A DNA stretch of 64,000 nucleotides, taken from the NCBI RefSeq assembly GCF_044704955.1, contig NC_091977.1, positions 239,816,001 through 239,880,000 on the forward strand, given 5' to 3'. Of the stretch, positions 37,906 through 51,599 are shown one piece after another. Under the pieces are notes generated by a model. That model ran no database searches and was not told the DNA's origin. It saw only the letters and a list, made by a program, of their open reading frames with translations. This stretch comes from Pristiophorus japonicus. Taxonomy: Eukaryota. The position numbers were made by a program, and so were the translations under genes. Position 1 is the stretch's first letter. The number at the start of each line of letters is the position of its first letter.

Positions 37906-40900
37906 GAGCTGGTCGTACCGCAGGGAAAGGGGCCACAGCCAGATAGGGAATGGAAGACCAGCAGGAAGAGCAGTGCAAGGAAGGTAGTGCAGGGGTCCCC
38001 TGTGGTCATCCCCCTGTAAAACAGATACACTGCTTTGGGTACTGTTGGGGGGAATGACTCATCAGGGGAGGGCAGCAGCAGCCAAGTTCATGGCACCATG
38101 GCTGGCTCTGTTGCACAGGAGGGCAGGAAAAAGAGTGGGAGGGCGATAGTGATAGGCGATTCAATTGTAAGGGGAATAGATAGGCGTTTCTGCGGCCGCA
38201 ACCGAGACTTCAGGATGGTATGTTGCCTCCCTGGTGCAAGGGTCAAGGATGTCTCGGAGCGGGTGCAGGACATTCTAAAAAGGGAGGGAGAATAGCCAGT
38301 TGTCGTGGTGCACATTGGTACCAACGACATAGGTAAAAAACGGGATGAGGTCCTGCGAAACGAATTTAAGGAGCTAGGAGCTAAATTAAAAAGTAGGACC
38401 TCAAAAGTAGTAATCTCGGGATTGTTACCAGTGCCACGTGCTAGTCAGAGTAGGAATCGCAGAATAGCGCAGATGAATACGTGGCTTGAGCAGTGGTGCA
38501 GCAGGGAGGGATTCAAATTCCTGGGGCATTGGAACCGGTTATGGGGGAGGTGGGACCAGTACAAACCGGACAGTCTGCACCTGGGCAGGACCGGAACCAA
38601 TGTCCTAGGGGGAGTGTTTTCTAGTGCTGTTGGGGAAGAGTTAAACTAATATGGCAGGGGGATGGGAACCAATGCAGGGAGACGGAGGGAAACAAAAAGG
38701 AGACAAAAGCAAAAGACAGAAAGGAAATGAGGAAGAGTGGAGGGCAGAGAAACACAAGGCAAAGAACAAAAAGGGCCACTGTACAGCAAAATTCTAAAAG
38801 GACAAAGGCTGTTAAAAAAACAAGCCTGAAGGCTTTGTGTCTTAATGCAAGGAGTATCTGTAATAAGGTGGATGAATTAACTGTGCAAATAGATGTTAAC
38901 AAATATGATGTGATTGGAATTACAGAGACATGGCTCCAGGATGATCAGGGCTGGGAACTCAACATCCAGGGGTATTCAACATTCAGGAAGGATAGAATAA
39001 AAGTAAAAGGAGGTGGGGTAGCATTGCTGGTTAAGGAGGAGATTAATGCAATAGTTAAGAAGGACATTAGCTTGGATGATGTGGAATCTATATGGGTAGA
39101 GCTGCAGAACACCAAAGGGCAAAAAATGTTAGTGGGAGTTGTGTACAGACCTCCAAACAGTAGTAGTGATGTTGGGGAGGGCATCAAACAGGAAATTAGG
39201 GGTGCATGCAATAAAGGTGCAGCAGTTATAATGGGTGACTTTAATATGCACATAGATTGGGCTAACCAAACTGGAAGCAATACGGTGGAGGAGGATTTCC
39301 TGGAGTACAGAAGGGATGGTTTTCTGGACCAATATGTCGAGGAACCAACTAGGGGGGAGGCCATCTTAGACTGGGTGTTGTGTAATGAGAGAGGATTAAT
39401 TAGCAATCTCGTTGTGCGAGGCTCCTTGGGGAAGAGTGACCATAATATGGTGGAATTCTGCATTAGGGTGGAGAATGAAACAGTTAATTCAGAGACCATG
39501 GTCCAGAACTTAAAAAAGGCTAACTTTGAAGGTATGAGGCGTGAATTGGCAAGGATAGATTGGCAATGATACTTAAGGGGTTGACTGTGGATGGGCAATG
39601 GCAGACATTTAGAGACCGCATGGATGAACTACAACAATTGTACATTCTTGTCTGGCGTAAAAATAAAAAAGGGAAGGTGGCTCAACCGTGGCTATCAAGG
39701 GAAATCAGGGATAGTATTAAAGCCAAGGAAGTGGCATACAAATTGGCCAGAAATAGCAGCGAACCCGGGGACTGGGAGAAATTTAGAACTCAGCAGAGGA
39801 GGACAAAGGGTTTGATTAGGGCAGGGAAAATGGAGTACGAGAAGAAGCTTGCAGGGAACATTAAGACGGATTGCAAAAGTTTCTATAGATATGTAAAGAG
39901 AAAAAGGTTAGTAAAGACAAACGTAGGTCCCCTGCAGTCAGAATCAGGGGAAGTCATAACGGGGAACAGAGAAATGGCGGACCAATTGAACAAGTACTTT
40001 GGTTCGGTATTCACTAAGGAGGACATAAACAACCTTCTGGATATAAAAGGGTCTAGTAAGGAGGAGGAACTGAGGGAAATCCTTATTAGTCGGGAAATTG
40101 ATGGGATTGAAGGCCGATAAATCCCGAGGGCCTGATGGTCTGCATCCCAGAGTACTTAAGGAGGTGGCCTTGGAAATAGCGGATGCATTGACAGTCATTT
40201 TTCAACATTCCATTGACTCTGGATCAGTTCCTATCGAGTGGAGGGTAGCCAATGTAATCCCACTTTTTAAAAAAGGAGGGAGAGAGAAAACAGGGAATTA
40301 TAGACCAGTCAGCCTGACATCGGTAGTGGGTAAAATGATGGAATCAATTATTAAGGATGTCATAGCAGCGCATTTGGAAAGAGGTGACATGATAGGCCCA
40401 AGTCAGCATGGATTTATGAAAGGGAAATCATGCTTGACAAATCTTCTGGAATTTTTTGAGGATGTTTCCAGTAGAGTGGACAAGGGAGAATCAGTTGATG
40501 TGGTGTATTTGGACTATCAGAAGGCTTTCGACAAGGTCCCACACAAGAGATTAATGTGCAAAGTTAAAGCACATGGGATTGGGGGTAGTGTGCTGACATG
40601 GATTGAGAACTGGTTGTCAGACAGGAAGCAAAGAGTAGGAGTAAATGGGTACTTTTCAGAATGGCAGGCAGCGACTAGTGGGGTACCGCAAGGTTCTGTG
40701 CTGGGGCCCCAGCAGTTTACACTGTACATTAATGATTTAGACGAGGGAATTAAATGTAGTATCTCCAAATTTGCGGATGACACTAAGTTGGGTGGCAGTG
40801 TGAGCTGTGAGGAGGATGCTATGAGGCTGCAGAGCGACTTGGATAGGTTAGGTGAGTGGGCAAATGCATGGCAGATTAAGTATAATGTGGATAAATGTGA

Positions 40901-41710
40901 GGTTATCCACTTTGGTGGTAAAAACAGAGAGACAGACTATTATCTGAATGGTGACAGATTAGGAAAAGGGGAGGTGCAACGAGACCTGGGTGTCATGGTA
41001 CATCAGTCATTGAAGGTTGGCATGCAGGTACAGCAGGCGGTTAAGAAAGCAAATGGCATGTTGGTCTTCATAGCGAGGGGATTTGAGTACAGGGGCAGGG
41101 AGGTGTTGCTACAGTTGTACAGGGCCTTGGTGAGGCCACACCTGGAGTATTGTGTACAGTTTTGGTCTCCTAACTTGAGGAAGGACATTCTTGCTATTGA
41201 GGGAGTGCAGCGAAGCTTCACCAGACTGATTCCTGGGATGGCGGGACTGACCTATCAAGAAAGACTGGATCAACTGGGCTTGTATTCACTGGAGTTCAGA
41301 AGAATGAGAGGGGACCTCATAGAAACGTTTAAAATTCTGATAGGTTTAGACAGGTTAGATGCAGGAAGAATGTTCCCATTGTTGGGGAAGTCCAGAACCA
41401 GGGGACACAGTCTAAGGATAAGGGGTAAGCCATTTAGGACCGAGATGTGGAGAAACTTCTTCACCCAGAGAGTGGTGAACCTGTGGAATTCTCTACCACA
41501 GAAAGTTGTTGAGGCCAATTCACTAAATATATTCAAAAAGGAGTTAGATGAAGTCCTTACTACTAGGCGGATCAAGGGGTATGGCGAGAAAGCAGGAATG
41601 GGGTACTGAAGTTGCATGTTCAGCCATGAACTCATTGAATGGCGGTGCAGGCTAGAAGGGCCGAATGGCCTACTCCTGCATCTATTTTCTATGTTTCTAT
41701 GTTTCTATGT
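37906..41710 (+). mobile_element. Young, 5'-truncated CR1 LINE: ORF1 esterase plus nearly complete ORF2
   Basis: VIGDSIVRG/VHIGTND (SGNH); endonuclease ORF 38727-39569; RT ORF 40098-41609 (503 aa, FADD); stop near 39567 and small deletion/frameshift near 40095; (TTCTATGT)n tail. Confidence 0.95.
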
Positions 41711-42415
41711 TACTTCTAGACTTAGCTATTCCAACGCACTCCTGGCTGGCCTCACAACTTCCATCCTCCATAAACTTGAGCACATTCAAAATGTTGTTGC
41801 CTGTATCCTAATTCGCACCAAATCCCATTCACCCATCACCCTTTGCTCGCTGACCTACATTGGCTCCATTCCACCAACATCTTAATTTAAAAATTCCCAT
41901 TTACATTCCTTGTTTTCAAATCCCCCTATGGCCTCGCCCCTCCTATCCCTGTAAATTTCTCCAGCCCTAATACCTCCCTTTAAAAAAAAATTAATACCTG
42001 GGATGTGGGCATCACTGGCAAGGCCAGCATTTATTGCCCATCCCTAATTGCGCTTGAGAAGGTGGTGGTGAGCCGCCTTCTTGAACCGCTGTCATCTGCA
42101 TGGTGAAGTTACGCCAATGCCGCCCCCGACCTGCGAGCAAACACCATCGCAGCAAGTTGGAGATAAAAGGCCGAGCAGCCCCAGGACCCAGCGCGGCGCC
42201 CCCCTCCCCCCTCCCCCCGACCTACAATGGAACACAATCGCAGCAGGTCAGGGATAAATGGCATAGCAGGGAGTGGCACAAGCTGGTCCAGGAGTGCAAT
42301 GGCTTTGAGGAGGGCAACTGGATTGACGTCATCGGAGTCCAGGCAGCCCATTGGAGAGGAACGAGACCAGCAGCGGGGTCGGGACCCAGGTGGAGGAAGA
42401 GCAGCGAGGCCCACA

Positions 42416-42568
42416 GATCGAGACCAGCGAGGAGTAGCGTTCAAGTCCAGCAGGGAGAAGCGTTCGAGACCAGTGGGGAATAGTGTTCAAGACCAGTGAG
42501 GAGCAGCATTCGAGTCCATCGAGGAACAGGGTTCGAGATCAGCGAGGTGCAGCTTTCGAGTCCAGCGA
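42416..42568 (+). repeat. 23-bp tandem repeat (7 units, last partial), each with a B-box-like GTTCRAGWCC
   Basis: Units start at 42416, 42439, 42462, 42485, 42508, 42531 and 42554. Confidence 0.85.
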
Positions 42569-42599
42569 TTGGAGACGGTGAGCAGTGGAGGATCGATGA

Positions 42600-43122
42600 T
42601 GTCGGGGCCCTGGAGTAGTGGGTTGTGGCACAGGAGTGAAGGGGTCATGGCCCAGGAGCAGCGGGGTCATGGCCCAGGAGCGGCGGGATCGTGGCTCAGG
42701 AGCGGCAGGGTCATGGCCCAGGAGCGACGGGATCGTGGCTCAGGAGCGGCAGGGTCATGGCCCAGGAGCGACGCGGTCATGGCCCAGGAGCGACGGGGTC
42801 GTGGCCCTGGAGCGGCAGGGTCGTGGCCCAGGAGCGACGGGATCGTGGCTCAGGAGCGGCAGGGTCATGGCCCAGGAGCGACGCGGTCATGGCCCAGGAG
42901 CGACGGGGTCGTGGCCCTGGAGCGGTAGGGTCGTGGCCCTGGAGCGGCGGGGTCGTGGCCCAGGAGCGATGGGGTCGTGGCCCAGGAGTGATGGGGTCAT
43001 GGCCCAGGAGTGATGGGGTCGTTGCCCAGGAGTGATGGGTTCATGGCCCAGGAGTGAAGGGGTCGTTGCCCAGAAGCGATGGGGTCGTGGCCCATGTGCG
43101 CAGGGGCCATGGCCCAGGAGCA
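42600..43122 (+). repeat. 22-bp GC-rich minisatellite (TCRTGGCCCAGGAGCGRCGGGG)n, over 20 copies
   Basis: Direct inspection. Confidence 0.95.
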
Positions 43123-46100
43123 GCGCAACATATAACAGCAGCGGGCTCAGAGCCCAGGAATGGTGCAGCAGGGCTTCGTCTCCAGTCATCTTGGTTAACC
43201 TTTGCTACTGGACCAAGGCCTTGCTCTGTAAAGCCCGTGTGGTGGCTGGTGTGCCACTCCACGTTCAAAGAATTCACGCACAGGAATCTTTGACCCTTCA
43301 ATTGGTGGGGAAGTGGGTCATTCTCAACACAAGGGACTGCCTAATACTACTACGGCTTTTACGGAGGGAGTTCCATGATTTTGATCTAGTGACGCTGAAG
43401 AAACGACGATATATTTCCAAGTCAGGATGGTGTGTAACTTGGAGGTGAACCTGGAGGTGATGGTGCTCCCATCTGACTGCTGCCCTTGTTCTTCTAGGTG
43501 GTAGAAGTCGCAAGTTTGGGAGGTGCTGATGAAGAAGCCTTGTTGAGTAGCTGCAGTGCATCTTGTAACACTGCAGCCACAGTGGTGGTGGAGAGAGTGA
43601 TTGTTGAAGTTGGTGGATGGGATACCAATCAAGCAGACTGCTTTGTCCTGGATGGCGTCAAGCTTCTCGAGTGTTGTTGGAGCTGCACTCCTCCAGGCAA
43701 GTGGAGAGTATTCCATCACACTGCTGACCTGTGCCTTGTAGATGGTGGAAAAGCTTTGGGAAGTCAGGAGGTAAGACACTTCGTTGCAGAATATCCAGTG
43801 TCTGACCTGCTCTTGTAGCCACAATATTTATGTTGCTGGTCCAGTTAAGCTCCTGGTCAATGGTGACCCCCAGGATGTTAATGATGGGGGATTTGGTGAT
43901 GGTAATGCTGTTGAAAGCTGTTGGAGATAGTCATTGCCTGGTACTTGTATGGTGCAAATGTCACTTGCCACTTATCAGCCCAAGCCTGAATGTTGTCCAG
44001 GTCTTGCTGCATGAGGGCATGGACTGCTTCATTATCTGAGGAGATGCGAATAGAACTGAACACTGTGCAATCATCAGCGAACATCCCCGCTTCTGACCTT
44101 ATGATGGAAGAAAGGTCATTGATGAAGCAACTGAAAATGGTTGGGTCTCGGACACTGCCCTGAGTAACTCTGGGGCTGGGATGACTGACCTCCAGCCACC
44201 ACAACCATCTTCGTTTGTGCTAGGTATGACTCCAGCCTGATTCCCATTGACTTCAGTTTTACTGGGGATTTCATAGAGATCTACGTTCCTTCAATTCTGC
44301 CCTCTTGCACATCCTTGATTTTCATCTCTCCACCATTGGCAGCTTTGTCTTCAACTGACTCGGCCCTAAGCTTTGGAATTCCCTCCTAAAACCTCCCCAC
44401 CTCTCTCTTGTCCTTTAAGATGCTACTTAAAACCTACCTCCACCTATCCTAATATCTCCTTATGTGGTTTGGTGTCAAATTTTGTTTTATAAAGCCACTG
44501 TGAAGCGCCTTGGGGCATTTTACTATGTTGAAGACACTATATAAATGCAATTTGTTGTTGTAATACCAAAGGCTGAAAAAAATCTTTTCATTTGTTACCA
44601 CTGCTTGCACCTCACTGTTGCTATTTGTATAGTTTCATGCTCGGCCTGTGTACACTCTGGGTTTAGTAGTTCTGCAGGAGCCGAGTGAAAACTGCATCTG
44701 TATTCTTCTCTCACACACAATATCCCCAGAGGAGCTAGAATTGACTGGTCCTTTCTGCCTGGTTCCCATCTGTCCTGGGATACTGTATTAGAGTTTCGCA
44801 GGAGCAGGGTGAACCATCATACATAGTTCACACACAAGAGAACTGACCACAGGAGACAGACTTTTCAATATCCAGATCCAGGTGGAATCTGCAACTCAAG
44901 CCCTCAGGCTCCAGACAGAAGAAAAGGTCTATCTCAGGGGCACTCGTAGCAAAATCTTTCAAAATCTCTTTTTTTTAAATTTGTTAGTGTTATTTCAACC
45001 CTGTATATTCTTATCTCAGTGAAGAAGACACAGACTAATGAAAACTGTTCAAAATATTTATTTTAGAGCAGTTTTATTTGCTCGCCTTCTTTTAGTGATA
45101 GCTGTTTCTAATTGGCTCATTTTTGATTCATTTGTTTTGTTGAACTCTGTGTTGGGTAGTTTTCATTCTTATTTACCATGTGCTGACTGGCAAGCTCCCC
45201 ATCTGTTCAGTTGCAATTTGTCGCAGTTCAATGAATATGAAATTTGAGCCAATTAGATACTACTCTGCTGCAAAATTTGCATATAGAGAAGTGTGACAGT
45301 CGAGTGTTATGCCTATAGTGTGACGCCTCAAACATGCCAGACAAAACGTGCACACACATACCTTTTCTATGTACACTGGTGCAGCTCCCATGTGTTGCCC
45401 ATGATGAGTCGGGGGTTATGCGCGTTTTATAAGAGATGTTATGGCACAATACATTATGATAAGGGCAACTGAATTACAGTGATTGAATAAGTGAAATTGC
45501 ATTTTAATTACATGTTATCATGGTATTTTTCACCAATGTTTTGGAAATCAAAGACTTTTTGTCCAGTTTTTACTGAAAATTGTAAATCAGTGGCCTTGAT
45601 TGCTATTATACATTTTCCTTTCCCCACATGCTCAATTGTTATCTCTTACACAGCAATACAGAAGACAATTTGTATTAATTTGGCCATCGGTAGCTGAGAC
45701 AAGAGTTTCCACTTTGGGCGCAATCGGCGATCTGGGCGCAAAGTCTGTTCAGACTTTCGATAGTTTTGCAAAGGAAAGTCTCCACTCAAACTCATTTGCA
45801 TATCACCAAACATAAAATCTGCCATGAGCCAGCGTAATCGGGCAGCATTTGAGAATGTCATTTTTTTTTAAATTCAGCATTAAAAAATTCCTTGATATAT
45901 TTAAGAGTGGTAACTTAGTGCAGTTTGATTAATACAGCTAAAAATTGGTTTATCACAAAAAATCAGCATTTTTAGTCAGTGCCTAGTCCACCACCTGTGA
46001 TTAATCTGATTTCAAATAACTGAAAATGACTTAAAAAATGATGCAGATCCATTTATTAGTTACATTGGTGTACAACAGTTAGTTTTTATTTGTAAATATA

Positions 46101-46151
46101 TAAAAATATTTAAAAGCTTTTAAAATGTGCCAATTAGAGCCTTTTCACCAA

Positions 46152-46503
46152 TGTTAGATCTCTTAATTTCTAATGAAATATGAACTCCGATTGTAGTTTT
46201 AATGTCACTTTATTTTTGGCAGCAGTAACAAGCTTCTGGCTTTAAGCCAGGTCTTTATCCTTCTGAGACCACATGGTCAAAATGGCTGGACTTATACCTG
46301 GATCAATTTACAGAAAATAACTCGCCTTCTTTGACCTTATTGGCTCAATTAATAATCTTTCAACCTTATAATTGGCTCGCTACCCAATGTACTAAAATGT
46401 CAAGTTGATTGATGATTTAATGCAACATGCTGAACTGCACATAGTCATTGGAGTCTGTGTTTTCTCAACCTGTCTAAATGCAGCCTGTTTGAATTCTCTA
46501 TCA
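46152..46503 (-). repeat. 3' LTR of ERV-2
   Basis: TGTTAGATC...CTCTATCA; near-identical to 53433-53784. Confidence 0.95.
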
Positions 46504-46778
46504 ATCCCCCCTTTGATTCTTTCACAAACTGAATCATAAAACATCAGGTATCACTGGTTAAACATTCTACAAAATAATTTCATACATGTTAATAGAGTTT
46601 CCTTCTAAAATTTGTTGATGTGTTTCGCCACATGTCCGGACTAGTAGCTGCCACACAAATTTACACCAACCCGAGTTCCATCGTAGCCACACTGGAAGTC
46701 TGGTTTTAGTAGATTAATTAACCTTATTCCAATTTAATCCAAATTAATATCTTAATTCAACCAGTAAACGACCTTCCC

Positions 46779-48120
46779 TTAAGCATAACATACCCCTGTG
46801 CCACATACAGATGGTCTGCTGGGACCTGCAAGGTGTCTCACATGCGGGATAGCAGCCACAGTCGCCTGGTCACAACAACATTTAATCAACATAAACAAAC
46901 AATATAAAAGTAAAACAATTACAACAAATAGAATTAAACCTTCCACCAATGAAGTTCCTATTGAACCGAGCCATTCAGTGGCTCCACTCCACAACGTGAA
47001 TGATGGGGGTTGCTTAAGTTTTTCTACCTCCTTTTGGATATGCTCAGCAAAGTGGGTAATTTCTTCGGAGCTATCTGGGATATATGTGCAACACTCAGTT
47101 CCGAGTAGGGTGCAAGTACCTCCCTTTTCAGCCAGGATGTAATCAAGGGCCAGTCTATTCTGTAGGGCTACTGTGCGGATTGCTACCATTTCTGCATTGA
47201 TTTTAACTAGGGCCTCTGAGGTATCATTGGCTACCCATTCCACAATGGATGCCATGTTAATGGATTCCCTTGCCAGTCTGGCGGTCCCATACCTGGGGAT
47301 CAGAATGGCAAAGAACCTCTCTGTTCCTGTGATAGCTCTCTTAGGATGGTGTAAATGTTCCGACAGTGACTTTATATGATACATATAAGGCACAATGTAG
47401 GCTAAATAGCAGGATCCCATCCAATTCTGGGGCAGCCAAGGGTAGGCCTTATGGCCACACAACCAATAGGTGCCATTATATGCAATGAATGTTAGCTGTT
47501 TCTTTGTCAGCAACACTCCGGGGCCTGTCCAGGCTTTTCCATCTGTTTTATTCAGCATCCCCGTTACGTTAAAAATTCCCACATCGGCCCAGTTTGGACG
47601 GTTCCGTGGCTTGATTATATTATAATTCCGGGAGCAGTTACTATACCCCATATTTTGACCTCCTTTGATGTTTCTAATCAGACAGACCGATTCCCCCGGT
47701 CTTCCTATTCCCGTTGTATTAGTGATAACAAAATATGGGGGCCGTTTGGAATTATTGTAGCATGGTTGGTATCCCCCTTCAAAGGTAGTCAGATTATAAC
47801 CTGCTGACTTCCATTTACGTGCCCAGTTTTCCGTATCCTGAAACGCATTGCCTGTTTTGTTTTGATTAATTATCCACTCAGCCATTTCCGAGATATTCAA
47901 GGGAACTGGCCTCAAGGGAATCCCTCCCTTTGAGTGAATAGGAATATGCGCACACACCCAACAACTAGAAATGTTACCTTGTTTGGCATAAATGTATGAC
48001 ATATATAAGAAGGTATTTACTTGCTACCCTACTATTTCCCTTTGGTGCAGAGGGTCGGCTAGTAAGAAGTAGGCCTATGCCTAGAATACCTACAATCAAT
48101 AATACAGTAAATTTATACAT
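46779..48120 (-). pseudogene. env: env, gamma-type; 407 aa open frame, with the signal peptide separated by a frameshift and a stop
   Basis: MYKFTVLLIVGILGIGLLL (ATG at 48120); CWVC; HPKR cleavage site; ISD LQNRLALDYILAEKGG; CX6CC CTLLGTECC; TM LILFVVIVLLLYCLFMLI. Confidence 0.93.
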
Positions 48121-48144
48121 TTTCGCAAAAAGTAATTGTCCTTA

Positions 48145-51100
48145 TTAGATTTCAGCTTCAGTTACGGGTGCTCGTTTAATGTGTGAAGCGTGGATCCCGG
48201 CTTTCTTTCCTTGGACTTTAACAGCTGCCTGGGTGGTCAATAACACTTGATAAGGTCCCTCCCACTTGGCACCCAAAGGTTCTTTATGCAACTTTTTCAC
48301 ATACACCCAGACTCCTGGGATGATGTCATGTCCTCCTTCGGGTGGATTACCCCAAGCTGCCGATACCTGTCGGGAAACAGAACTAATAGCATTAGTTAAG
48401 TTCTGACAGTATGATAACAAAGTGTCACTCATTAAGTGAACATCAGCTTTCCGTAAATCGATAATTCCTGGCAGCGACATGGGTCTTCCTGTTATAATTT
48501 CAAATGGGCTTAGACCTGTAGTTCTGTTCGGGGTTGCCCTAATGCTACATAGCACTATTGGTAGTGCCTGGGGCCATGGTGTTCCTTCTTGGTGATATTT
48601 GGCAAGCTGTTGTTTCAGAGTTCAATTCATTCGCTCTACTTGTCCTGATGATTGTGGATGATAAGGACAGTGTAAATTCCACGTAATGTTCAGTAACCGA
48701 CAGACTTCTTGGCAGACAGCACCTGTGAAGTGTGTTCCCTGATCTGAGTCAATGCTACTCGGGACTCCCCATCGGGGAATGTAATCCTTACTCAAGACCT
48801 TTGCAGTGTGATTGGCTGTGGCTCTTTTAGTTGGGACAGCTTCTACCCATCTAGAGAATCTATCGACCATGACAAGAATGTTAGTGTATCCTTGGCATGA
48901 AGGAAGAGATATATAATCAACCTGCAGATGCTGGAATGGTCCGACAGGGGCAGGGGGCCTCAGTTGGGGCATTACCGTGATGGGTCCAGAATTATTTTTC
49001 TGGCAGAACACACAGCGGTCTGCTACCAGCTGGGCCTGTTTTTTAAATCTCCGACTCCACCAGCTTTTCTGGAACCGTGCCGTCATCTGTTGTGAGGCCA
49101 AGTATCCCCACAAGTGGATCTGTTGGGCTAAAAAAGGCATAAGCGCTTGTGGCACGACTGGCTTGTCGGTAACTCTTTGTCTCCAGACACCATCTTCGCA
49201 CAGCTTAATTCCTGCCTCAATCCATGTCCATTTTTCCTCTCGGGAGCACTCGCCTTGCATTGTTTGAAGGTTCTCGTGTCAGAGTCCTGAGTGCTTTCAA
49301 TCTGCACATCTGTGTTGGTTCTTCTGGTGGAACACCCTGTGAGGCGGCATCTTTAGCTGCCTGGTCGGCTAGGGCATCTCCCTGTGCTTCTGTGGTATTT
49401 TCCTTGGTATGGGCCTTACACTTCAGGATGGACACTTCCTGAGGTAATTGTAAGGCCTCTAGTAAGTCTCGGACTTCTTTTCCATTTCGGATAGGTGTAC
49501 CAGCAGCAGTGAGGAATCCTCTTTTACGTCATAACAGACCAAAGTCGTGAGCGACTCCAAAAGCATAACGCGAATCTGTGTAGACATTAGCTGTCTGTCC
49601 TTCCGCTATTCGACATGATTCTGACAGGGCCCGTAACTCGGCCTGTTGTGCTGACGTTCCTGAGGGTAAACATCCTTTTGCCACTACCTCATATAAGGTT
49701 GCAACTGCCCATCCTGCTTTTCTGGTACCATTGTCAACAAAGGAGGAACCATCTGTAAACAGGATGAGGTCTGGGTTGTGCAGAGGCTCCTCTGCTGCTA
49801 AGGCTGCTTCTTCTGTTTCTTTTAAAATCTCCATGCAGTCATGCTCTTCACATTCTCCCTCCTCTTGCTCCCTCGATTCTGACATCGGGAGCATAGTTGC
49901 AGGATTAACCGGGCTGGCCCGGACGAAATGGAGATTAGGAGCTTCCAAAACTGCTGTCCAGCGGGTCCATCTAGCTGCCGTCACCTGAGACATTCTATTC
50001 ATAGACAGCAAAGCATGTACGGTGTGGGGACACCTGACAATCAGCTTTTGGTCGAGGACTAGACCCGCAGTGATCATTACCGCTCAACATGTAGCTTCCA
50101 TAGCCCTTAGGCAACTTCCCCATCCGAGGGCTACCGCATCCAGTTTTGCCGAATAATAGCCAATAGGTCTTTGCCGATCCCCATGTTCTTGTGTCAGTAT
50201 AGCTGTCATATATCCTTCTTTCTCATGGACAAACAGGGTAAATGGCTTACCACTGTCGGGGATTCCCAGAGCCGGTGCCAAACACAAAGCCTTTTTCAAA
50301 CTCAGGAAGGTCTCTTGCTGTTCCTTAGTGAGGGTGATGGCTTCTTTAGAGGCACGTTTCCCCTTTAAAATATCATTCAATGGCTGAGCAAGCTGTGTGA
50401 AGGAGTCAATCCAATTTCTGTTAAAGTTACACAATCCCAAAAAAGACGTTAGTTCCTGAATAGTGGTGGGTTTTTTAGCAGCCCGAATGGCTGCAGTTCT
50501 ACCCTGGGTAAGTTCTCTCTTTCCTTGTGAAATCTTTTGTCCCAGGTATACAACCTCTTCTTGGGATATTTGTGCTTTGTCGATGCTGGCTTTATGTCCT
50601 TTCAGCCGAAGGTGCTCCAGCAAAACTCGTAAATATTGTTCATGCTGTTCTTCCGTGTTTGAAGCTAGCAGGATATCGTCTACATATTGGATGACTGTGG
50701 ATGACAGGGGAGGTAATTCTCGCAAATGGCTTTGTAAAGCCATGTGGAATACTTTAGGGCTGTTGTGGAAACCCTGTGGTAACCGGCTCCAAGTATACTG
50801 TTGGCCTTGGACAGTGAAAGCAAACCACTGTCGAACCTCCGGTGCCAGAGGCACCAACCAAAATCCGTTGGTCATATCTATAACCGAGAAATATTTATGT
50901 TCCGGTTTGAGGGCATTAAAAATGGTGGAGGGATCTGCGACCAAAGGAGCTTTTTGATCAATACATTGGTTAGCTTTCCTATAATCGACAGTCAAACGCC
51001 AAGTCTCATTAGATTTCTGTACCGGCCACACGGGGCTATTGGAGGAGCTATGCATTTTAATAAGCACCCCTTGTTTCTCCAATTGCTGAATAACCGGTAA

Positions 51101-51560
51101 GATTCCCACAATGGCAGTTGGACTGATGGGATACTGTTTAGTGCATGGAGGCTTGGTCCCGGAGTAGGCCACAATCATTCTTATCTTTAGCCCATATCAG
51201 GTGTTCCTTCAATTCTTCTTTCTTCAAAGTTCTAATTGACCATGTCACCCGACCATCCTCGAAATGCAACGATGAATCTACTTTGATTAGATCGTCCATT
51301 CCCAAAAGGGGTCGATCTACTGGGCCTATCCAGACCGGCGTGGTTAGTTCATGTGGACCCAGCCCTATAAGTACCGGTGTTGTCCTTTTAATTTCCATTT
51401 TATGGCCCCCAACGCCATAGGCTGTACGTGCCCTTCCATCCAACGGCAAAAAGTCTCCATATTGTAGGGTTAAGCATGTTAATTCCGCCCCTGTGTCTAA
51501 AAGACAGTCCACATCCTTATCGCCCACCCTCACAGTTATATATAGCCCATCTCCCCTTTG
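48145..51560 (-). pseudogene. pol: pro-pol of ERV-2, several disruptions
   Basis: LLDTGAE; NSPVWPVQK..WRLTVDYR; LPQGFHNSP; QYVDD; LFTDGSS..AQQAEL..YTDSRY; LQVDYI, SDQGTHF, QSSGQVE; WEGPY. Confidence 0.95.
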
Positions 51561-51599
51561 TTGTATTAGTGCGAGGAGTGGGGCCAGGGTGGACTCTAT

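Larger units (their letters stand above)
42115..43352 (+). mobile_element. Non-autonomous RTE-derived bipartite retroposon with internal minisatellites
   Basis: 43180-43300 aligns with the RTE 5' UTR at 9098-9222 and is joined directly to an RTE-like 3' end (AGGGACTGCCTAATACTACTA). The flanking LINE is continuous across it. Boundaries are approximate. Confidence 0.65.
41995..44235 (-). mobile_element. CR1-group LINE 3' portion (different family), interrupted at about 42115-43350
   Basis: QGSVRDPTIFSCFIND..MFADDC..WADKWQVTFAP; IYKAQVSSVMEYSPLAW. Confidence 0.8.
37850..44560 (+). mobile_element. L2-type LINE 3' part, in three pieces (about 37850-37905, 41711-41980, 44275-44560) split by younger insertions
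   Basis: VTSRLSYSNALLAGL..LEHIQN..ILIRTKSHSPIT..LHW; 3' end CTGTGAAGCGCCTTGGG..CTATATAAATGCAA..TTGTTGTTG. Confidence 0.7.

Noticed and set aside
42416-43122. Regular 22-23 bp repeats as a CRISPR array, or the Gly/Arg-rich ORFs over them as genes
   Set aside because: Head-to-tail units with no unique spacers, no cas genes, vertebrate context. The 22-bp period simply cycles the reading frames.
46779-48002. Syncytin-like domesticated env
   Set aside because: The signal peptide is out of frame and the env sits in a young complete provirus; nothing here indicates domestication.
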